A stretch of 64,000 bases of DNA from Malacoraja senta (lineage: Eukaryota): positions 136,896,001-136,960,000 of the forward strand of contig CM075977.1 of the NCBI GenBank assembly GCA_038087875.1, written 5' to 3'. A program made the position numbers and the translations under genes. Of the stretch, positions 25,509-38,730 are shown one piece after another. The notes beneath the pieces are model-generated. The model was given only the letters and a program-made list of their open reading frames with translations. It was not told the origin of the DNA and searched no databases. The first letter of the stretch is position 1. The number at the start of each line of letters is the position of its first letter.

Positions 25509-26026
25509 TTTTTCACACAGAGAGTGGTGAATCTCTGGAACTCTCTGCCACAGAGGGTAGTTGAGGCCAGTTCATTGGCTATATTTAAGAGGGAGTTAGA
25601 TGTGGCCCTTGTGGCTAAAGGGATCAGGGGGTATGGAGAGAAGGCAGGTACGGGATACTGAGTTGGATGATCAGCCATGATCATATTGAATGGCGGTGCA
25701 GGCTCGAAGGGCCGAATGGCCTACTCCTGCACCTATTTTCTATGTATCTATGTATCTATGAGATGAGGTAAAACTTTTTCACACAGAGAGTGGTGAATCT
25801 CTGGAACTCTCTGCCACAGAGGGTAGTTGAGGCCAGTTCATTGGCTATATTTAAGAGGGAGTTAGATGTGGCCCTTGTGGCTAAAGGGATCAGGGGGTAT
25901 GGAGAGAAGGCAGGTACGGGATACTGAGCTGGATGATCAGCCATGATCATATTGAATGGCGGTGCAGGCTCGAAGGGCCGAATGGCCTACTCCTGCACCT
26001 ATTTTCTATGTTTCTATGTTTCTATG
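25509..26026 (+). mobile_element. Two tandem near-identical CR1 3' ends inserted in the DIRS pol gene
   Basis: Copies at 25509-25760 and 25761-26026; removing them restores GHFDRPMQ|LTTNAASDLQWW. Confidence 0.9.
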
Positions 26027-27080
26027 TTAACAACAAACGCTGCTTCTGATTTGCAGTGGTGGATTCAACATGTCTCCAGTAGTTCCAGCAAAGTATTGAT
26101 TGAACAGCCTTCCATGATCTTACAGGCTGATGTCGATGCACTGGGAGGGTGCCACTGATATGACCTCCAGCTGCGGAGGCAGATGGAATATGGAAGAGGC
26201 ATTGTTTCTGCAGACATGGGGAATCAACTATTTAGAGTTGTTGGGAGGTTTTTATGAGCTTAAAGCTTATTGTTCTAACACAACTAACATGCATGTTCAG
26301 CTTCAAATTGACAATACTACAGCAATAGCATATATTAATCACATGGGTGGAATCAAGTCAGTGTCTTGTGACAGATTGGCTAATCGAATCTGGACTTGGT
26401 GTATTGCCAAAAATATTTGGATTTCAGCTATATATCTACCAGGTAGATTCAATATAGTAGCAGACACCAGGTCGCGGAAATTCCATGACAACATAGAATG
26501 GTTGTTGAATCGGGATCTATTCAATGATATAGTAGTCAGATTTGGAAGGCCAGATATCGACTTGTTCGCATCCAGACTCAACCACCAGCTACCGAGATAA
26601 GTGTCATGGGAACCAGATCCTGGGGCAGTAGCGATTGATGCTTTCTCGCTATATTGGGGTGGTATGTTTTTTTTATGCATTTCCACCATTCTGTCTCATA
26701 AGTCGGTGTCTGCTCAAAATCAAGCAGGATGCCGCCTCTGGGGTGCTGGTGGTACGGAGTGGCCTACTCAGCCATGGTTTCCTTTGATATTGGAATTAAT
26801 GACACAACCTCTGATTTGAGGTTCCCAAAGGAAGGGATTTACTGGTGCATCGGGTAACTGGAGAGCAACATCCATTATATGACCGTATGGATCTGTTAAT
26901 TTGCAGGTTTTAAGAAGGCCATATCTCGGGCGAGGACTGTCTGGGCGTACTGTGGACATGCTCACTGCAGCCTGGAGGAAGAGTACTCAAAAGCAGTACA
27001 TTTCTTATGTAAAGAAATGGGAAAATTTCTGTGTACAACAGAATATTGAATATTGTACGGCAGATATCTCGCATGTCCTA

Positions 27081-27227
27081 GAATGTGTGAGGAAACCGGA
27101 AGCCCCACGAAAACCCATGCAGATCACGGGGAGAACGTACAAACTCCGTACAGACAGTACCCGTAGTCAGGATCGAACCCAGGTCTCTTGTGCTGTAAGG
27201 TAGCAACACTACCACAGCACTGCACTG
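27081..27227 (-). mobile_element. HE1 SINE 5' half
   Basis: V-domain and tRNA-like head. Confidence 0.85.
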
Positions 27228-27565
27228 TTATTTATAAATATTACAAAAAATAAAAGTTGCTGCATCAACCATAGTTGCAGACTTCCAGCCCAAAACACAT
27301 TCTTCCACCACTACCATCTCCACCCAATCATCAAACCAATTTTGGATCCAATTTGCCAACCCACTCATACGTGAACCATATCTATGATGCAGCCGTGTAA
27401 TGATTTTCCCAGTCACCTCCTCAGAAGATGCAGTTGGATTTGTGAGACATGACTCCCCCGACACAAAACAATACAGACTCCACCTAATCACTCCCTGATT
27501 TTCCAAGTGAACATAACTTCTGTTCATTAGAATCTTTCCACTAACTTCCCTACCACGGATATCAT

Positions 27566-28632
27566 TTTAGTTTAGTTTAGTTTAGTTTATTGTCACGTGT
27601 ACCGAGGTACAGTGAAAAGCTTTTGTTGCGTCAACTTAACCAGTCAGCGGAAAGACTTCCTATGATTCCAATCGAGCTATCCACAGTGTACAATACGATA
27701 CGATAAAACTTTATTCATCCCGGAAGGAAATTGATCTGCCGATAGTCACAACACACAAGGTACACAAAAACTTGAAATTAAAAGTGAAAACAAAAAGAAA
27801 AAGACAAGCGACTGTTGGCTGGCTGCCGTGTGCACAGGGCTTTCACAGGAACAAATGAAGAAACAAACAAATGAACGCAGGCTTATCACTTGGGCAGAGG
27901 AGTCTAAACTAGAGACCCCTCCCCCCACCCCCACACCGGGTCCCACTTTGTTCTCCCACCATCCCTCCCGGTGGTCCCCCCATGCTGGGTCCCCATTGTT
28001 CTTCACAACGGTCCCCCCACGCTGGGTCCCCAGTGTCTTCCCCTCCCCGTCACGCTCATCGACCGCGAGGCCCCACCGCCACCGAGGCTCCCGCTAGCGC
28101 GAGGTACCCGATGCTGCCGCCGAATCTCCCGCTGCCGCCGAGTCTCTCGCTACTGCCGCCAAGGCTCCCATCGCCACCACCACGGAGGCTCCTTCGGCCC
28201 TGACAGGCCTCGCCGCCTGGCTTCACCGCAGTCCCCTGGGAGGCCTGTGGGGCAAGTTGTTCCACTCTTCAGTCATCGTTCTGGTCATCAGCGACGCTGT
28301 TGTTCGACAGGTGGATTGGGCCCGCGCGGCTCACCAGGAAACTCCTGCCGCGCGTGCGGCTCCCCGGGACACATGATACAGGGAATAACATTTTTTACAA
28401 GATAAAGTCCAGTAAAGTATGATTAAAGATAGGCCGAAGGTCTCCAATGAGGTAGATAGTAGCTCAGGACCACTTTCTAGTTGTTGATCGAATAGTTCAC
28501 GCCTGATAACATCAGGGAAAAACGATCCCAGAATCTGGAGCTATGTGTTTTCACACTTCTGTACCTCTAGCCTGATGGGAAAGTGGAGAAGAAGGAGTGT
28601 CCGGAGTGAGACTCGTCCTTGATTATGCTAAG
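27566..28632 (-). mobile_element. Rex1 3' end interrupted by a GC-rich insertion
   Basis: Matches 50575-50945 on both sides of 27693-28368. Confidence 0.75.
27693..28368 (-). mobile_element. GC-rich non-coding retroposon, distinct subfamily
   Basis: GAATAAA plus (TATCG)n tail; splits the host repeat at gtgtaca|gacacatg. Confidence 0.65.
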
Positions 28633-28907
28633 ACTCACCGATCTGTAGTTTCTACACTTATCCCAACTGCCCTTCTTGAACAAGGGCACATCAGCTATCC
28701 CCTGGTTAATTAAGATGTAAAAATCTATATGAGTGCCCCAAGAATCTCCTCCTTTGGTTCCCTAAGAATCTTGGAATAGATCTTGTCTTGTCAGGCACTG
28801 GCGATTTATCCATCCTAATATGCTGCAATATTTCTAACAGCTCCTCCATCTTGATACAGATATGCTCCAAAATATCAGTGTATCCTTCTCTTAACTATCC
28901 TGCCCCC

Positions 28908-29330
28908 ACGTCAAGAGTCAAGGGTCAAGACATAAGAGCCAAGAGTGTTTACGTCATATGTACCAGGACGGGAACAATCAAAGTCCTAATTGCTGCAGAT
29001 TTACAGGCAAATTCAATACATCCCAACAAATAAATATTCAAAACAATTACCAGTTATGTACCGGATCATGTACATGATGCACCCTCCATAGGAGTTTGAG
29101 ACATTGGTGGGGTTGTGCGGGGTGATTCAAGAGCCAGATGGTTGATAGGAGGAAACTGTTCTTGAACCGGGATTTAACAGTTCTCAGAGTCCCATACCTT
29201 CTTCTTGACGGTAGTAGTGAGAAGAGAGGTTGGTATGGATCTTTGATGATATTAGCTGCCTTCTTGAGGCAGTGGTTCTTGTAGGTCCATTTGATAGTGA
29301 GGAGGCCAGCACCCATGATGGACTGGACAA
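28908..29330 (-). mobile_element. Rex1/Babar 3' fragment, old
   Basis: CLKKAANIIKDPY...LLPSRRRY...RFKNSF. Confidence 0.8.
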
Positions 29331-32300
29331 CAACTTTCTCTCTGGTGAATATCCATTAGAAGTATTTATTTAGGATCTCGCTTATACTAAGCACCATGCA
29401 TAGATACCACACTGATCCCTGAGTGGACCTATTTCTTCCTTAGCCACTTTCTTGCTTCCATTGTATACATAAACAGTTGTAGGGTTCTCTTTAATCGTAC
29501 TTGCCAAAATAATTTCATGGGGTCTTTGTAACCCTCTAATTCCTTTCTTAAATTTTCTTCCACATCCCCAGGAACCTCAAATCATGTATTTGATAATGAT
29601 TTCCTATACCTGACATCGTCTTCCTTCTCGTCTCTGATCAAACCTTCAAAATCCTTCATTGACCATGGTGCCCAACATTCACCATCTTTGCCCCTTACCC
29701 CTATGCTGAATCTGAGCACTTTTTATCTGGCTTTTAAGTGCCTCCCATTTATCAGATGTTACTGGCATCTACATGCCTAGTTGTTCTTGTCCCATAGTTT
29801 AAATGTGTAATGGCGTCTTAGATTCTCATGTGGCATTGTGATTGGGTTTCTTGGTTAAACATTTAGCTTGTGTGCTTGTTAATATGTAGATAGCTTATTA
29901 CTGAATATGAAGCTAGTTATTGTCCAATAGCATAAGTGTGTATAGGTAGTTTAGATACTACTTTTCCCTTGGGCTTGATTTTCCTGGTTAAGCACTTATC
30001 CTGGCGTTATCAAGTACTTTGTGTTGTAACAGTAACTTAACTCATTCTGGTATCACTGTTGGGGAATTTCTATCAATCAGGACCACCGATGCAACCCAGC
30101 AGGATGAGCAAGTACATTTTTACAGAAAGTAAGAAGTTCTCGCTGACATTTTAAACTTATTACAAAGAATGAAATAAAGATGAAAGGGGCACCAACATTG
30201 GATTAAAGTAAATGATGGAACATCATAAGCAATCATTCACAAAATTATAATAAAAGTTATGTTTTAAGTATTTTAAAAAGGCATGACATTTCAAAATTGT
30301 TCTTCTTTACTAATGCCTTGGTGTGCTGTTAAATACTCAATTCTACTTCAATCAATACACTTTAACTTTAAAGTGCATTTAAGTGAGAGTGATGTGTAAC
30401 AGAATGTTCTTCCGACTTATGATTACAAGAAGATTTTCATCTGCAAATATCTCAACAGAACACCATGTGGAGGAGCACGATATTATTGACAGTAACTTTT
30501 GGATTTGCAGAACTACTAGTGTGCAGCCTTAACCAGAAGTTGTTGACAGTGATCACTGACAGCTTTGCAATGGTTACAATTACAAAATCTGGGCCAATAT
30601 GCACAAAGTAGCACATATTTTACCGCAACATGCATAACTTTTCCTTAGAGAATTGTCCCAGATGGATCGTTTTGCACTATAATTAAATCAGACACTTTTC
30701 TCCTTGGCTACTAACACAATTTTGTGAAGGTTTTTGTAATGGTGACTACTTCAAGATAGGTGTGAATATCAAAATGGAAGGGAAGAATATGATGATGAAG
30801 TGAGTATGTTTATTAAAAATGTTTAAAATGAGACAAGCAGCAAACAAGAAAATTAGCAATGAGTGTTTTATTTCCTGAGGAAGAAGAGGATTATTGAACC
30901 AAGAGGCTATTTAATTTGCAAATATAATGAAGCAGGTTTTCCAGAAAATTGATTTATATCCATAACCGTCAGGAAGCTCAGGACTTCCGAGTCAGCATTT
31001 GCAAATGCAAATGTCCCAAACTTCCTCACAACTGGCAACTCCACGACTGTGCTCCATCAGTGAAGTCAGCACAGATCCCTGCAGTGGCGTGTCAACCATT
31101 TGCTGTTTCCCTGCAGTTTACTGCCATTCTAAGTGTTTTCCAGTGCATGTCAATATTTTTGTTTTAATTATTTTTACATTGTATTAAATTACAATTTGCT
31201 CCAGAAAATAAAAGTGGTAGATGTTTGGTAGTTGTGAATGTAAATTAAGGTTGGGACCTTCACAGTGATTCAAATTGCCATCAGGGCATTTCAGAGATGA
31301 AGGCTTGTTCAGTGTCCACCACAAGATGCCAGTGACAGCCATTGATGCCAGTGACAGCTCTATTGAATAAGGCCTCAGTGAACAGGATGGAATGAGCTTT
31401 TATGGCCAAACTGCCGCTTGAGAATCCGCACACAATAAGTATAGGGACAGCAAGTATGGGGAATGGTAATATGGCTGGTTCACTGCCTTGTCAAAATTTC
31501 AGGCCAGTATATTTTCAGGTAAAATAAAATTAGTGTAGCTGAATTAATATACAATGCATATAAATATTCATTGAACGTGAAGAAAGATCAATCGATTTCC
31601 CAAAATATATTTATTTTTCCTGATAGCTTCTGGAATCCAAATGTGGCTTTGCAATTGTACTGTAATAGCCCGTTGAATGAGGTATTCGGCAAGTCATGGT
31701 ACTTGCACACAATGTGGCAAACGTGGAAGGTGAAGGATATGAAGATAAAATAGACAAGGAGAAAGTAACCGACCTCTGAACCAAGCGCAACAATGAGTTT
31801 CTGGTTGCACAACAGAGTAAGCAGACAAAGAACTGGTGGAATTAGCAGCTGAAACATGTAAATGTTTGTTAAAGCCAACCAATGGCTTCAGTATTACTAT
31901 TAAAGAAACAAATAAAGGGTAGCAGAAGGCTTAAGTGGATCAAATCTTGAGAAAGTAACAGATTTGATAAAACTTTTGCTTTTTTTCTGACCCAATTCAA
32001 AGTTGCTCTGGAGTTTTCCTCCATAATTGTACTCAATATACAGATATCTGTTATACCATTAACTTTCCTGGTATATTCTCAATTATCAGGAAAATATGTG
32101 GAGAAAAATTGTCCTAAACAATGGCTTCCTTGTTTTCGTGTGGAAGATCCCCATTAAATAATAGTATATTCATAAGGACCGCTGGAAATAGTAATATACC
32201 CCCAAACTCAAGGAAGTTTCATTATACTTATATTCTTATATTCGTATTATTCTTGTTCAGTGTTTTTTATCTAAGAGATTGTGGCCATTTGCCCCTCTAA

Positions 32301-32339
32301 TTGCCCTACCCCAATTAAACCTTTTATTTTCCAGTAACC

Positions 32340-32590
32340 GGTTCTCTCTCACATCCTTGCTGCCTCTCATGACATTCTTCTACATTTGGGACAATATATA
32401 ATAATCTATTAACCTACAAACCACCACCACATCTGTAGGAAGTGGGAGGCATTTTATGTACCTGGAGAAAATCCAAGGACTCATGGGAATAACATGCAAA
32501 CTCAAGTCAGCAATCAGCACCCAAGGTCAGGATCAAATACAAGTCTCTAGAGATGTGCGGCAGCACCACTAACCATCATGACACCATGTC
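32340..32590 (-). mobile_element. Degenerate HE1-like SINE
   Basis: attaacctacaaacc...acatgcaaactc...aggtcaggatcaaa. Confidence 0.6.
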
Positions 32591-32809
32591 ACTGATACAG
32601 TTTCAGGGATCTTGCCTGTATTCATTCGCTCCCTTGGGGCAACCAACCTCCAAGACACCCCCAACAATTCAATTGCAAGTATTGATTCCCGAAGGTTGGC
32701 TATTTGGAAAAATGTAATCAATCCCCAAATAAAGATATTAAAGAAGTTCACTTTCCTGAGAAACCAATAAATCAACATAAATAGCAGCAATTCATCAACA
32801 AATAACAAA

Positions 32810-33049
32810 CCTGGGTTTGATCCTGACTTTGGGTGTCATCTGTACTGAGTTTGTGTGGGATTTTTCCGGGAGCTCAGATTTTCTCCCAAACACCAAAGAT
32901 GTGCAGGTTTGTAGGCTAATTGGCTTGGTAAAATTGTAAATTGTCCCCACTGTGCGTAGCATAGTGTTAGTATGTGGGGATTGCTGGTCGTGGCGGATTT
33001 GGAGGGCCGAAGAACTTGTTTCTGCGCTGTATCTCTATACTAAACTAAA
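32810..33049 (+). mobile_element. HE1 SINE, 5'-truncated
   Basis: B-box, V-domain and tail. Confidence 0.8.
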
Positions 33050-34621
33050 GTCAGGCAGCGTCTGTGGAAAGAGAAAGAAAATTAATGTTTCAGGCCAATG
33101 AACAATGATCTTGAGCATTAAAGCAGTTTATATTTCCACACATGCTTCCAGTGCCAAGTATTACCAACACTTTCGATTTAACACTGTGTTTAAGCTAACA
33201 ATATTCAACAGCGACCTAGTTAGTTAGACATATGACGGTCAATGTCCCTTGGATCCTCTGAACGATCCCCTAAGGTTCACGGAGCCTAGAAAATGTCTAG
33301 TTGTCAAGTGTGCCAAAGTCATAAATCCTCATTAACCAATAAGCCAAATAATACTAAGGAAAATCATGTTATTATCTCAATATCTCTGTACAAAGTGTCC
33401 TTTACACACGTAAACTGGAATTAATTTTGACAGGACCACAAGGTATTCAGTACATATTACAATACCACCCATCAATCAATAAGTTGTTTTACTTGTCCTG
33501 TTAAAATGAACTACTCTGTAAAAAAGATTAGCAAAATATAATTTTGATATTGGCATGAATATAGAAGAAAGTAAGTTTGTCATCGAATTAACTGACAATC
33601 GCAGTAACAGTGAAGGAACTACCCAGTCAACCTGCTTTATCACTCTAATGAGCCTGACCTCATTATACGGAAAAACATCATAGAAATTATCATTTTACCT
33701 GTAATGGAGACAGGAACTCTACCACTGTTTAATGATTATCTCTCTTGGACATTAGCAGCCTAAAGGAAGCAAATGATTCAAGCATATTGATAGAGCGGGA
33801 CTACAAAAATAGTTCATAACTACGGAATACGTAGAGAGAAGAACTAGGTTAAATTCTTTTTTGATAATAACTAATTCCAGGGAAGGAAGATGAATAAGAT
33901 TGTGATTGATCAAGAACGATAAGTATTTTTACCCCTGACCATCAGTCAGTCAAAGGGTTCCACCAGGAGCCACCAGTGATGAGGGATACATGGGTCATCT
34001 TGTCTCTGAATTCCATATTTAAACACATATGTCAGTCGTGGGCTGGAAGTCAGATGGCAAGAAGTAAAACAATAGTCAAGCGGAGGGGACAAACATACTT
34101 TGCATCTGGCCCCTCAGCTTTATACTAATAATAATGCCACTTACTTGAATAGTATCATCAAGCTTGATTAAAAAAGTAAATGCAAGTATTTTTTCTTCAT
34201 CATTATAATTTTGATTAACTTCTAATATGTTGAGGTGAGTTATTATTTTTAATTTAAGTTTAATTGACTTGCTTTCTATGATTTCTATGATTATCATTTC
34301 TATGATTACCAGAATCGTCTAAGAGCACAGGTAGAACAGCCTTCAACAAATAGTGGCTTGTCCATGGGTCTGCCTTGATTGCAGGCTGCAGCAGGCAGGT
34401 CTCAGCCTTGATCGGAAATAGCATGTCCATTCACTGGAACGATCTGGGGCTTAGAACAGAGAGCAGGCCTTATCTATCCTCGATGTTGGATCCAGCTCTA
34501 ATGTCAGAAATATAAGAAAGTAAGAAATAGCGGCAGTTTATCTTTGGTCATTGGACATGCCATCAGTTATTACCCATCACTAATTGGGTGATAATTAAAT
34601 TGTTTGCAAGGCGATTCAAAG

Positions 34622-34915
34622 AGCAATTAAGTGGTGCAGCTGGTAGGGCTGCTGCCTCACAGCATCAGAGACCTAGATTCAATTCTGATCTTAGGTGCTA
34701 TCTGTGTGGAGCTAGCACATTTTCCCTGTTACCACATGGATTTCCTCCAGGTGCTCCTATTTTCTCCCATATCTCAAAGATGTGTAGGTTTGAAGGTTAA
34801 TTGGCATCTGTAAATTACTCCTATTGTGTAGGGAGTGGATGCGAAAGTGGGACAACATAAATGGTCGGCGTGGACACGGTGAGCCAAAGTGGCTGTTTCC
34901 ATACTATATCTTTCA
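34622..34915 (+). mobile_element. Older HE1-like SINE
   Basis: Head, V-domain and tail recognisable. Confidence 0.75.
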
Positions 34916-35436
34916 ATTAAAAAATCGATTAATTTTAAGCAGGTCAAGTCACATGTAGTCCAGGTTGAAAAAGAATGGCAGATTTGAAGGACAATAGTAA
35001 GCCAGATATGTTTCTTACAACCAATCAATGGCTTCATGGACACTATTGCATATATTTTTATTATGCCAAATTGAATTCATTACTTGAATTAATTGCCCTA
35101 GCTACCATGATGGGATTCAGACTCGGATCAATAGACAATGCCTCTGGATCACTTTAGATGGATGTCATCTCAAAACTCATCATCCCTGTGTCACGATGTT
35201 TCATCTTCCACAATGTTGGTTTTCTTGCCTGATCTCCCAAAGCCTTGATTTTCCTGCTTTAGGATAACCCTATTCCTTTATGTCTCCTCCCATCCTGGAA
35301 GTCAAATGCACTACCAAAGAACTAAGTACATTCTTTTTTCATGAGAATGGCAAAAAAACACAGAGCGCACCAAGTGAGTTCTTAACAAAATTATGCGCAA
35401 TTGCTTATTCTTGTACTCTAAACCTTGCAATAATGG

Positions 35437-35560
35437 TCATTAGGTCATAAGGAGCAAAATTAGGCCATTCGGCCTGTCAGGTCTACTCCGCCATTCAATC
35501 ATGGATGATCTATCTCTGCCTCCTAACCTCATTCTCCTGCCTTCTCCCCATAACCCCTGA
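35437..35560 (-). mobile_element. CR1 3' tail
   Basis: taggccattcggcc...ccattcaatcatgg. Confidence 0.7.
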
Positions 35561-35871
35561 TTGGTCAATACAGTATCTCATTCATTTTCACACTGTCTTT
35601 TAACTTCATGTGCTATGCACCTAAGGTCACTCAGATAATTTCCAATGTCATTTACTAGTTGAAAAAATATTCAGTTTCTGTGCTCATTCTACCAAATTAA
35701 TAATATCACATTTTTCCATGTTTTCATTCTGTATGAAGCCTTATCATAATCATTGATAATCTTTTCAATGTTGATATCCACAATTTGATGTTCTTCCATG
35801 TCTTACTTGCCTTCTTCATGGGTATTAATATTGTCAAGTAATTTATTGTCATCGACTGCCATCTCAAAGTG

Positions 35872-36180
35872 AGTTAGTTTAGTTTTAGTGATACAGCGTG
35901 GAAACAGGCCCTTCTGCCCACTGGGTCCGCACCGACCAGCGATCCCCGCATATAAACACTATCCTACACACTCTAGGGACAATTTATATATTTACCAAGC
36001 CATGTAACCTACATACATGTACATCTTTGGAGTGTGGGAGGAAACCAAAGATGTCAGAGGTCATGGGGAGAACGTACAAACTCCGTACAGACAGCACCCG
36101 TAGTCGGGATTGAACCCGGGTCTCCGGTGCTGCAAGCGCTGTAAGGCAGCAACTCTACCGCTGCGCCACCATGCCGCCCC
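35872..36180 (-). mobile_element. HE1 SINE, full length
   Basis: As 6521-6841. Confidence 0.9.
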
Positions 36181-36855
36181 TAATTATTGAGGGAATATGT
36201 CTATCATTGCAAAATCACTGCCAATTAACCCACCTTCCCTCTTCTGCTGTGGAGGCTTAAACTATGCTCACCTGTCAATCTACCTTATTTTTTATTTCAA
36301 AATTCTACAAAGGACCTTGATTTTGAAAAGGCAATTCAATACATTTTTCTTATTTTTATTCCCTCCTGCTCAATGCCTTTTCACACTCTTTAAACCTTTT
36401 AGCACTCTTTAGCAACTTGTCAATGTGATGATGAAGAAATTGTGCCAAAAAACACTTTTTCAAGTAAGTGAGATGATAGTTTTGCTTGCCAGTACGTGTT
36501 AACCTAAGGCACTGTTGAAATGTGGTATTGTATCTCATGCAAGTTAAAGTGGACACTAATTGGCCAACTTGATTCAGAGGTCCATCTGAGTCTTGGTGAA
36601 AATGATCTGACCCCATAGATCTGGAGTGGGGTTGGTTGGAGGGGGGGGAGGGGAGGGAGGCAAAGCATTGAAGGCAGCTCAAGGGGCATCAGGCTTCAGT
36701 TCATTTTGAGTTTGGAACAGCACCCCTTCTCTTCATCCTACACAGAAATTAAACTTTGAAACCATTTGTCTAGAATTGGCAGAGGCCTGTAAAGACATGC
36801 CACGGAGTTGATTTGAGTAATGGGCCAATGGATATTGTTTCTGTTGGACTAAAAG

Positions 36856-37205
36856 TGAAAGGCTTGGATAGAGTGGTTGTGGAGAGGATGTTTCCACTAG
36901 TGGGAGAGTCCAGGACCAGAGGTCAAGGCCTCAGAATATAAGGATGTTCCTTTAGGAAGGAGATGAGGATGAATTCCATTAGACAGAGGGTGGTGAAACT
37001 GAAATTCATTGCCACAGAAGGCTGTCGAGGCCATCAATGGATATTTTTAAGGCAGAGATAAATAGATTCTTGATTAGTACGGGTGTCAGGGGATATTGGG
37101 AGAAGTCAGGAGAATGGGGTTAGGAGGGAGAGATAGATCAGCCATGATTGAATGGCGGAGTAGACTTGATGGGCCGAATGGCCTAATTCTGCTCCTATCA
37201 TTTAT
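36856..37205 (+). mobile_element. CR1 3' fragment
   Basis: KGLDRV.VERMFPLVGESRTRG plus 3' UTR. Confidence 0.85.
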
Positions 37206-37809
37206 GAAAATTGTAACATTCGGTAATGCTTGTCGATAAAGCGCAAGTGAATAGTAACGGAATGGAAGTCTTGCGTAGTAAGATAGTAACGTTTGGTAAT
37301 TTTGCATAGGTGGCTGTATGGAGCCAGAACTGTAGGGTGAGGGATTGAAGTTAGGGTCTGTGTGGGGGTTCAGTGGTAATTGTATTGGTTGCCAGAGGCT
37401 GATGTTGATCATTGCAGGATCAAATCAATACTTGTAGAACAAGGTCAACTAGGTCAAAGTGCAATGATTAAGGCAATTGATTGGGAAGCAGTTTTACCAT
37501 AGATTTAGATTTATTTATGGAGACAAATGAAAATTGCAGCAAACAGCATCAATGGAAATTATCTTTCCTGACCTTATGAAAGCCTTCAACTCTGTTAACC
37601 GGAGAATCCTTTTTCGAATTCCTTCTTACTTCTACGTAATGAAAAGAAAAATGTGATTCCCACAAATATGTTTGAGACTGGCCCAAACCAAATGCAGATT
37701 AAGGCAAAGCAAAGTTATAACATTTGTCAAACCCACTCCTCAATCTTTGACAGAATTATATGCATTATCTTCGACACATTTCCCAGTAGGAAACTGTTCA
37801 ACTTTCATT

Positions 37810-38160
37810 GTGTAGGAAGGAACTGCAGATGCCCAGTTTACACTGCAGATGGACATAAAATGCTGGAGTAACTCAGCGGGACAGGCAGCACCTCTGGAGA
37901 AAAGGAATGGGTGACGTTTTGAGGTGAGACCCTTCTTCAGACTGTGAATCAGGGAAGAAGGAGTCTAGAGATATAGAGGGGTAAGGTGTGAAAATGACAG
38001 ATCAAAGCAGAGAATAATAAGAAAATGTAGAATGGTTCATTGTAGGCTGAGGGGAAGGTGACAAGGAGGCATACAATCAGTCGAATTAATCAGGACAGTG
38101 AAACCAGTCAGAGAATTAGGGTGGGGGAGGTTTGGAGCGGGAGGGAAAGCAAGGGTTACT
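37810..38160 (-). mobile_element. Penelope-like 3' terminal fragment
   Basis: Homologous to 11478-11710; degenerate hammerhead motif at about 37911-37942. Confidence 0.7.
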
Positions 38161-38641
38161 CCAATCCAGAATCAAAGTTACAGACTCCACTTCACTACAT
38201 TGAATAAACTTACCTGTGGGCTCACACAGAGGCTGAGCTCCAAGTCAATGTTGATTTTGTTAACTTAGCAAATGGGATTTACGTTAAATAGAAATAAGAA
38301 ACATTTCTTCTATCAACCTGCCCAAAGGCATAATACTGACAATGAACAATAAAGGTCCTCTATAAGACAGGAAAATCTGGATTATTTTCTATATTGTGGG
38401 TGCAATCTCTCAGTGGATTAAATTCAACACATTCTCCATTGTACCGGCACATCCTTTGAAGTTTTGATGAAAAGAGATCAGGTCCTCAAATCTGACACAT
38501 TGTCCATTGGCAGAAATTATCTTTGTTCTGTATGGACATGGACTATTTATAGCAGATTGTTCAAAGCTCGAGTGAGACACTTACACAAAATCTTCCAAAT
38601 CCATTGGCAGGGTAAGTGTACAAATCTCAACGTCCCCATAC

Positions 38642-38730
38642 TGCGGCACAGTGGCGCAATAGTACAGTTGCTGTCTTACGGCACCAGAGACCCAGGATCG
38701 ATCCTGACTACTGTCTGTATGGAGTTGTTA
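38642..38730 (+). mobile_element. HE1 SINE head fragment
   Basis: gcggcacagtggcgca...ggatcgatcctgac. Confidence 0.7.

Larger units (their letters stand above)
22118..27080 (+). mobile_element. DIRS1-like tyrosine-recombinase retrotransposon, decayed and right-truncated
   Basis: Gag-like ORFs (about 23372-24411); RT (VGGRL...W, PKKDGGCRIILDL, TIDLKDAY, YLDD now stop-LDD); RNase H (INYLELL, IDNTTAIAYINHMGG); MT-like (PDIDLFASRLNHQL); YR N-terminus (AWRKSTQKQY...KW). Confidence 0.9.
27260..29770 (-). mobile_element. Old CR1 RT remnant (about 27260-27560, 28635-28900, 29330-29770) broken by younger insertions
   Basis: GESCLTN, LANWIQNW remnants in ORF 27228-27527; the rest is weak similarity. 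Confidence 0.5.

Noticed and set aside
26500-26820. Host or bacterial DNA methyltransferase gene
   Set aside because: The DLFAS motif is the usual MT-like domain of DIRS1 pol, and it is disrupted here.
31325-31360. Short tandem duplications (also near 41260 and 51017)
   Set aside because: Ordinary slippage events with no further structure.
31588-31878. 96-aa hydrophobic ORF as a membrane protein
   Set aside because: Not recognised, and all the short overlapping frames here are about equally plausible.
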